This document shows positions 23,968 through 31,552 of a stretch of DNA of 31,552 bases, piece by piece (position 1 is the first letter of the stretch; every line of letters begins with the position of its first letter). The stretch comes from Octopus sinensis (lineage: Eukaryota), in NCBI RefSeq assembly GCF_006345805.1, contig NW_021834078.1:1-31552 (forward strand), in the 5' to 3' direction. Below the pieces are notes generated by a model. It was not told the origin of the DNA. It saw only the letters and a list, made by a program, of their open reading frames with translations, and ran no database searches. The translations under genes were made by a program, and so were the position numbers.

Positions 23968-24110
23968 ACCGCGGCCATGCTGGTGCACGGCTTTGAAGAA
24001 TTTTCGGTCGAGCGAAAAGACCCTACTCCTAAACTTTTTAGAGCCTAGTACTTATTCACTCGATTTCTTTTTCCCCGAATCGCAGAGTTCCGTGGACGTA
24101 AATTCTACTT
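23968..24110 (-). mobile_element. Diverged SINE family A tail fragment
   Basis: GCGGCCATGCTGG..CTAGTACTTATTC is the reverse complement of the tail at 18290-18375. Confidence 0.6.
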
Positions 24111-24409
24111 TTTCTTACTCAATTTATTTGTATTAGTCACTGGAGCGCGACCAAGCTATACCAATGTAGTCCTGTTATTTTAGTTAGTTGATCACATTCT
24201 GATATTGATTTAATAGATCTTGAGTCGTTCTTGTCTAGTTTTATAGTTTATTCCCGGAGGGAGCACAGTCATGCCAAAACACCGGTGTCTGAGTGTTCAC
24301 TGTCGTCATTGAAGTGAGTGTATCTATTCTCTAATGGAAGAAGGTCTTCTAACGAGCAACATTTAACACTGAAAGCCAGGTCAGCTGGAGTGTGTTAAGA
24401 ATGCTTATA

Positions 24410-24495
<86 letters not shown>

Positions 24496-24966
24496 ATAAT
24501 ATTATCTTATATATATATATATAGATATAGATGTGTGTGTGTGTGTCGACATATTCATCTGTGTGCATTTGCGTTTTTTGTAGGTGTATGCATATATCAG
24601 TGTGAATTTGTGTATACGTATACACGAGCGTAGGTTTATATGTGTATATGCATATATATATATATGGTTGTATGTGTATGTATATGTGTGTACATATTTA
24701 CTTATATGTATGCGCTAGTGTACTAACACGTGAGTGTGTGTCAAACTTTGCACAGACGTCTGTATCTTGATTTACGTACGAATCTATGCACATATTTATC
24801 TATGCTATGTACGTATATTTATGAATATATACGCTTGTATACCTGCTTATATGAGTTACTATGCTTATATATGTATGTATTCGTCCATACGTGTTCGTAC
24901 GCGTGTGTAACTAGTAGTATGCATATACCCATATAGTTGGATTGTGTGTGTGAGCGCGTATGTATA

Positions 24967-25004
<38 letters not shown>

Positions 25005-25400
25005 AATATATATAAATATGTATATATATATATATGTATATGTTATATGTGTGTATATATGTGTGTGTTTGTGTGGTGTGTGTGTGTGTGTGTGTGTGTG
25101 TGGTGTGGTATGTATCTGTGTATGCATATGTGCGTATGTATATATGTATATGTGTATAATATAGGTGAGTCTAAGCACGAACAGAAAAAATTTCGTCTAA
25201 GTATTATCTTCTTTTCAGCTTCTACATCCTATTCTTTCTCTTATCAGTTACAACAGCGAAAACATTACGTCATTTTCTCAAAACTAGATTGTATACTTTC
25301 CACATTCATATTTGAATTTTTGGCGTTTCAATCTTTCTCTGATTTTCACTTATTCTCGAAGTTGATGGACATAAAGTGGTACGAAAAACGTTTTATTGAT

Positions 25401-25442
25401 GTACCCGAAGAGACCCAGAACAGATCGAAACATGTGTCGTAC
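25401..25442 (+). ncRNA. Degenerate hammerhead-like motif
   Basis: GTAC-CCGAAGA-GA..TC-GAA-AC atgt GT-C-GTAC followed by AATAAA; core U4 changed to C and weak stem II. Confidence 0.4.
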
Positions 25443-25483
25443 CTAATAAAATCTTTTGTCCTTCCATCTATTTTATTAATACT

Positions 25484-25718
25484 TATTTCTTTACTAGCCA
25501 CAAGGGGCTAAACACAGAGAGGACAAACAAGGACAGACAAACGGATTAAGTCGATTGTATCGACCCCAGTGTGTAACTGGTACTTATTTAATCGACCCCG
25601 AAAGGATGAAAGGCAAAGTCGACCTCGGCGGAATTTGAACTCAGAACGTAACGGAAGACGAAATACGGCTACGCATTTCGCTCGGCGTGCTAACGTTTCT
25701 GCCAGCTCGCCGCCTTAA
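25484..25718 (-). mobile_element. SINE family B monomer with 12-bp TSD
   Basis: Minus strand GGCGGCGAGCTGGCAGAAACGTTAGCACGCCG head; TTTATTAATACT at 25472-83 and 25719-30. Confidence 0.88.
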
Positions 25719-25844
25719 TTTATTAATACTGTTACTCCATCCGCCACTACGAAGTTCCTGTAATAAATCTACGGATAACAACATGTAATCGAAACTGTGC
25801 CGGTGCTTTACTCATCATCTGTATATACATTTTGTATAATTTCT

Positions 25845-25889
<45 letters not shown>

Positions 25890-25890
25890 A

Positions 25891-26464
25891 CAAGTCAAAC
25901 GACTTATATATAAAACCACACCTCCAAACATTTGATCATATATTAATATTACCATGGCTTTTAAACATATAACATACATATATAACAAAACGCAGAAGGT
26001 AAAAGATATATTTGCGAATAAAAACACAGATACATAGAATAGACTATCGAGAAGGTATATACAATCGACTAAAAATTCTAAACCGTATCATGCGACTAAA
26101 AATCTAAATAAAATAAAATATCAATCGACTAAAAATTTTTTCTTACTCCCCTCAAACAAAAAAGTACGTCAAAATAGTTCATTTCATAAATGCCATGGTA
26201 GGTTGGAGTCCAGGAGTAAAAAGAGTTCCACAAAATCAAGTCAAACACATCTCTGGCCATTTCGGGAGTGCATTGCCGCTATATAGTCGACTGTATATAT
26301 CTTCTTGATGGGCCGTTCTATATATCTGTATTTTTATTTGCATATGTATTTTTTACTTTCCGTGTTTTTTTTTTATATATGTATACTATATGCTTTAGAG
26401 CCATGATAATATTTATATGTGATCAGATGTTTGGAGATATGTTATATAAAAAGTCGTTGACTCG
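25891..26464. mobile_element. Old fold-back/MITE-like element with ~180-bp diverged inverted arms
   Basis: 25891-26071 aligns with the reverse complement of 26284-26464 (roughly 75-80% by eye); the opposite-strand ORFs share MxIxIxDQMFG. Confidence 0.7.
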
Positions 26465-26499
26465 AATTTGATGTTTGTTCTCTGATCAATGTTTTTTTA

Positions 26500-26539
<40 letters not shown>

Positions 26540-27067
26540 CACACACACACAAACATCATACAATATTTGTTCTGCGAGATTAATTTTTCTTTCCATCAGG
26601 CATAACAAATTTTTGTTTTATTTTTTAATATTTTTTAGCGTTCATAATAGTAATAACGATTTAAATTATTTAGTTTATAAATATTTTAAAATGGTGTGAC
26701 TAGAAATTTTGCTGAAATCCCTGAAGATGATTTATTAATTAATAAATTGTATTGACAATTATTTAATTATTTAGTTACCTAACTAATTAAAATAGATATA
26801 CTCTTAGTAATTAAGCAGAAACATATGTCGGAAAATTCTTTACCTATATGGATAAATAAATAAAGGATTCTTACATCTGTTTCCATTGTCTACCTTATTA
26901 CATTTTCTCGGGATCTACTACATTTAATATTTTAACTGGAATTAATACTATGTGTGGTCAGAACCAAATTTGAGACTAAATTGATAACTATCTGGATTTG
27001 TCTCCTTACTTTGTTATTTATATGCAAATATGTATATGTATATATAATATTATATTATATATATATC

Positions 27068-27129
<62 letters not shown>

Positions 27130-27731
27130 TATAATTATAATTATAATTATAATTATTAGGGAATTAATTCCGAGTCCACAGGAATGAGAATTCATTAAAG
27201 GTACTAAATTAACTCCTCTCAATATTTTATTCACATATATAAATGTAGTTTTAGAGAAAGAAACACTCTCAACTCAATCAACATTGAAAGATACTATACG
27301 CGACCGAGCCATAAAATATTAAATATGATACTATATCTATTCAGAATCCCATACTTTCCATTTTAAAGACAACAGGTGTTTCTTGATAGTATGTCGGTGT
27401 TGTTGAGATATAAAGTCTCTAATTTCAATACTCAATTAGATCGACGTACTCCCAATCTTCAGGTCTGGATTCTACACATTTATTACTCTATCTACATCCT
27501 ATATAACTCTATGATGATTGAAATTATTTGACTAAAAATCGTTAACATAATTTTACTTTACAAATTAATGAATAAAAATAAAAATAAAGATAATGAATGA
27601 ACCTTAAAAATTTAAGGAATAAAAATTTAAAGAATAAAAGAGGATAAAAAATACAGATAAAAATATGAAATAAAAATAAAAATTAAAATAATAAACAAAA
27701 CGAATGTAGTTTCCTCCCGGCGAAAATTAAA

Positions 27732-28204
27732 CACTTTGAACTTTTAAATCCAAACCAAATTATAACAAAGGAGATCTACTGCAAGAAGAAAAACGACCAT
27801 TTTTGGTTTCAAGACGAAAGGTGTTCTTCCATCAGGATAATGCTCGGCCACATAGAGCAAGGATGATATTCCAAAGGCTGCAGCAATTTGAATGGGAAAC
27901 GATGGGAAACTCATCATATTCGCCGGATATTGCCCTATCTGATTATTATTTATTCTGCAGTCTTCAAAATCATTTGGACAGAAAATATATGAATTCTGTA
28001 GACGAGGTGAGAACAGTACCGGGGCAGCATTTTTCGACACGGACAAGTGAATTATGGAAGAGGTGCCATGCAAGTCTACCAGATAGACGGAAGAGCATTG
28101 TAGAAAATGAGGGAGAGTATATTGTAGATTAAAAAAGAACTTTGTTATCATAATTTTGAAAAATAAAAGAAGCATTAGAAAAGCCGCATTATTTATGGGT
28201 TGAC

Positions 28205-28210
<6 letters not shown>
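27732..28210 (+). mobile_element. 5'-truncated mariner transposon: transposase C-terminus plus right TIR
   Basis: HFELLNPNQIITKEIYC (frameshift/deletion) then HQDNARPH and YSPDIALSDYYLF (D34D spacing), ends EGEYIVD*; TIR-like end AAAAGCCGCATTATTTATGGGTTGACCCAATA abutting (TA)n. Confidence 0.9.
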
Positions 28211-28266
<56 letters not shown>

Positions 28267-29262
28267 GAATACATAGAATATATACACAGAATCAAAAGGA
28301 CAAAACGCAAACATCCAGACAAATGCTACAAAAAAGAGAAAGAAAAACAAGGACGGGTCATTCGGAGTTTTCTTTCCTCAGCTGAGTTACAAATTATCTT
28401 TGCAATTTCTGCTGATTATACTCGAGATTGCTCCAATCTGGCTAGCCCCAAGGAATAACTAAGCTGAGAGCACTAGATTCCTTGGAAGAAAGCAGCGAAT
28501 GTATACAGAAAACAAGGAGGGAAAAAACCGGAGAAATGGTACACAAATACAAATGCAAATAAGAGGACATTAACAACATGTGTCTTTCGACTAAGGACGA
28601 ATAAAATAAAGCTGGCGTGTGCGGAAGTGAAGCCTTACAGCAGGGACATAGGAGATGACAGGCATGGGGAGGAATATGTTGCACGGATGGTAGTCGAACC
28701 AAGAAAGAAAGGTCAGGCTTGGTCGAACACCGGTCACATGGAGAGAGAGGAGAGAGTTAGAGGCAGAAGGATAAAAGAATCAGGGAGAGACGAGAAAAAA
28801 GAAAAGGGACAGAATGAAGTGAAAGAGGATAGAAGGTGAGAATGAAGAGAAAGACAGGAAATCTGAGAGAGGGAGAACGAAAGAAAGAAGAGTGGAAAGA
28901 ACGATGTAAGTCTGAAGGGGCTGATAGAAAGAAAGAATGAAAGAATATATATATATATATAAAGAATGAGGGGTTTAGTTCACTTGTGATTTGAACAAAT
29001 AACTACTCTGAGTAAGTGCTATAGTTGGTCGAATATTAGCTTCCAAGATCACAGCTAAGGTTCCATCTAGGGATCTGTGTTAGAAATCTGTTATAGCAGG
29101 TATATATTATATTAGAGGAAACATCAAACCATAGCAGAACAAGTAACTCAAGTCATTTAGAATGATTTAAAATAATTTAATTTAATTAGAGTAAAGTGAA
29201 TTTGAAGTGAATTATTCTAAATGACTTGAGATACTCGTTATGCCTTTCTTTTGATTTTTCTC

Positions 29263-29336
<74 letters not shown>

Positions 29337-30150
29337 TACAGTATTTTTAAGTTCGGCCGAGTCAGTGTCTATCTTATCTGGTATAGCAACAGAATGAGTC
29401 GATCAAAATTAAAATATTATTAATCTCTTCTGTGGTATTAAGTAGTCTCCTGTCTGATAATCAATAATTACTGCATTGAACACAGACGAACACCATCAGA
29501 CACTTGTCTCTAGAATTCCCTCTCCAGCATCGCTTTTGGTCAGGTCGCACTATATTCCGTTCTAAATAGGTAAATATATACACACATACATTTATATATA
29601 TGGCCACAGTCAAATGACTGAAACAAGCAATATAATATATATATATATACATGTATGTTTGTGTGTGGGGTGTGTGTGTGTGTGTGTGTGTGCGTGTGTG
29701 TGTGTGGTGTGCGTGTGTGTGCGCGTATGTGTGTGTTCGAGTATGTGTATATATTGTTTAAACTCGGAATTATATGATTTTACATTCTTTCATTTCGTAA
29801 TAGACTAAACGATTTCAGGGAAGAATTAATAAACGCCTTCGTTAATCTGTGATCGAAATCACGTTGTGTTGTCGGCTTGCCAAACACCGCTTGCCACTTC
29901 AGTGCGGAATTGTTGATATTGTCTTTAAAAATAAAATATCTTCATTAAAAAAATATATATTTGATTAAGACGTAGCGAATGTGACGAAAATAAATGGAGA
30001 TATTGTGATAATTCTGCATGTTCTAAAAAATCGAGAGTTAAGTGTGGTGAAATGTTAGCAACAAGAGATTGAATCTGTAATTGACAAACCGAATCAGACT
30101 AACTTGATATGTCAAAGGCCTGACCTTCGAATGGCAATATTCATTTGATG

Positions 30151-30558
30151 CGAAGGCGGCGAGCTTGGAGAAACGTTAGCACGCCGGGCGAAATGCTCGG
30201 CGGAATTTCGTCTGCCGTTACGTTCTGAGTTCAAATTCCGCCGAGGTCGAGTTTGCTTTTCATCCTTTTAGGGTCGATTAAATAAGTACCAGTTACGCAC
30301 TGGGGTCGATATAATCAACTTAATCCGTTTGTCTGTCCTTGTTTGTCCTCTCTGTGTTTAGCCCCTTGTGGGTAGTAAAGAAATTGGTATTTCGTCTGTC
30401 TGTACGTTCTGGGTTCAAATTCCGCCGAGGTTGACTTTACTTTTCATCCTTACGAGGTCGATAAATTAATTACCAGTTACGTACTAGGATCGATCTAATC
30501 GACTAGCCCCCTCACCCCAAATTTCGGCCCTTGTGCCTCGAGTAGAAAAATAAACAAG
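30151..30558 (+). mobile_element. Dimeric SINE family B with 15-bp TSD
   Basis: Full monomer 30153-30385 plus headless second monomer from 30386; AATATTCATTTGATG at 30136-50 and 30559-73. Confidence 0.88.
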
Positions 30559-30589
30559 AATATTCATTTGATGTTTACCCACATTGCAT

Positions 30590-30710
30590 TCCCAAGGCTT
30601 GGATCAACTTGCGACTGTCGTAAAGACAATAGCCTAAGATAGTTATTTAGTAGAATTGAACCAGGGAACTCATGATTGCGAAATGAACAGCTTAACTATT
30701 CAGCTATGCT
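30590..30710 (-). mobile_element. Highly diverged tRNA-SINE fragment (family A-like head)
   Basis: AAGACAATAGCCTAAG..GAATTGAACCAGG..AACTATTCAGCTATGC resembles the plus-strand reading of 2870-2950. Confidence 0.4.
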
Positions 30711-30887
30711 TGTATCCGCTCCAATGAAGATTCATACAAGAAATCGACACAGTCTTATGACGAGTCAACTGAAGATATATTTTCCTTATGTACTCACTAC
30801 ACTTGTTGAAAATAAAATCTTTGTTTTCACTCATAAGTGACTATGACCACGATTAGACCACTTTTTGCTTATTATTTTAGGTCTGTA

Positions 30888-31281
30888 AAGATGACGAGCT
30901 GGCAGAATCGTTAGCACGCCGGGCGAAATACGTAGCCGTATTTCGTCTGCCGTTACGTTCTGAGTTCAAATTCCGCCGAGATCTATTTGCCTTTCATCCT
31001 TTCGGGGTCGATAAATTAAGTACCAGTTAAGCACTGGGGTCGATGTAATCGACTTAATCCGTTTGTCTGCTCTTGTTTGTCTTCTCTGTGTTTAACCCCT
31101 TGTGGTAGTAAAGAAATAGGTAGTTCGCTCCTCGCAACTTTCTGAGTTCAAATTCGCCAAGGTCGACTTTGCCTTTCATCCTTCGGGGTCGATAAATAAG
31201 CACTAGTTGCGGCCTGGGATCGATCGAATTGACTGACCCACTTCCTCAAATTTTCAGACTTTGTGCCTATATGTAGAAAGG
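30888..31281 (+). mobile_element. Second dimeric SINE family B with 17-bp TSD
   Basis: Same monomer plus headless monomer junction (GTAGTAAAGAAATAGGTA); ATTATTTTAGGTCTGTA 30871-87 versus ATTACTTTAGGTCTGTA 31282-98. Confidence 0.85.
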
Positions 31282-31374
31282 ATTACTTTAGGTCTGTATT
31301 TAGTGGCGAACAGACACAAATACTTTGTCCAACCTTCAACATCGGTGTACCGTCAAGGATGCGAAGAACAGAGG

Positions 31375-31376
<2 letters not shown>

Positions 31377-31409
<33 letters not shown>

Positions 31410-31538
31410 GAGAGAGAGAGGAGAGAGAGAGAGTAGAAAGAGGAGAGAGAGAGGAAGTAAGAGAGAGAGAGAGAGAGAAAGTAAGAGAGAGAGGAGTGAG
31501 AGAGAAAGAGAGAGAGAGGAGAGGAGAGTGAGAGAGAG
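31377..31538. repeat. (AG)n purine tract
   Basis: Direct reading. Confidence 0.95.
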
Positions 31539-31552
31539 GTGGATGCACAAGT

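Noticed and set aside
27744-28322. 192-aa minus-strand ORF
   Set aside because: It is the antisense of the mariner fragment plus (TA)n.
220-29808. Dozens of ORF-track proteins rich in YI, CV, TH, LS, poly-L/I/K/R/E/T
   Set aside because: They are translations of microsatellites and have no domain content.

Overview
A 31.5-kb, very AT-rich, microsatellite-saturated piece of animal genomic DNA (intergenic or deep-intronic). The SINE families look like those I recall from coleoid cephalopods (Octopus-like); this is recognition, not a database result. No intact host protein-coding gene can be supported, and almost all ORF-track entries are translations of (TA)n/(CA)n/(TAA)n/(AAG)n repeats. Real protein signal is limited to decayed transposon fragments: several Penelope-like element (PLE) pieces (RT thumb and GIY-YIG), an R4/Dong-type non-LTR 3' end (RLE domain) in a (TAA)n tract plus a probable R4 5' fragment, and a mariner transposase C-terminus with its right TIR. 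Two tRNA-derived SINE families recur, one as TSD-flanked monomer and dimer. The most notable non-coding signal is about 8 type-I hammerhead-ribozyme-like motifs in at least five unrelated sequence contexts. Two lie in a zero-loop ~300-bp palindrome (4805-5105), and two lie in an inverted pair around a tRNA-SINE head/(TAA)n/R4 insertion (11401-12520). Together they suggest PLE-mobilised non-autonomous ribozyme-bearing (retrozyme-like) elements that insert as fold-backs into simple repeats.
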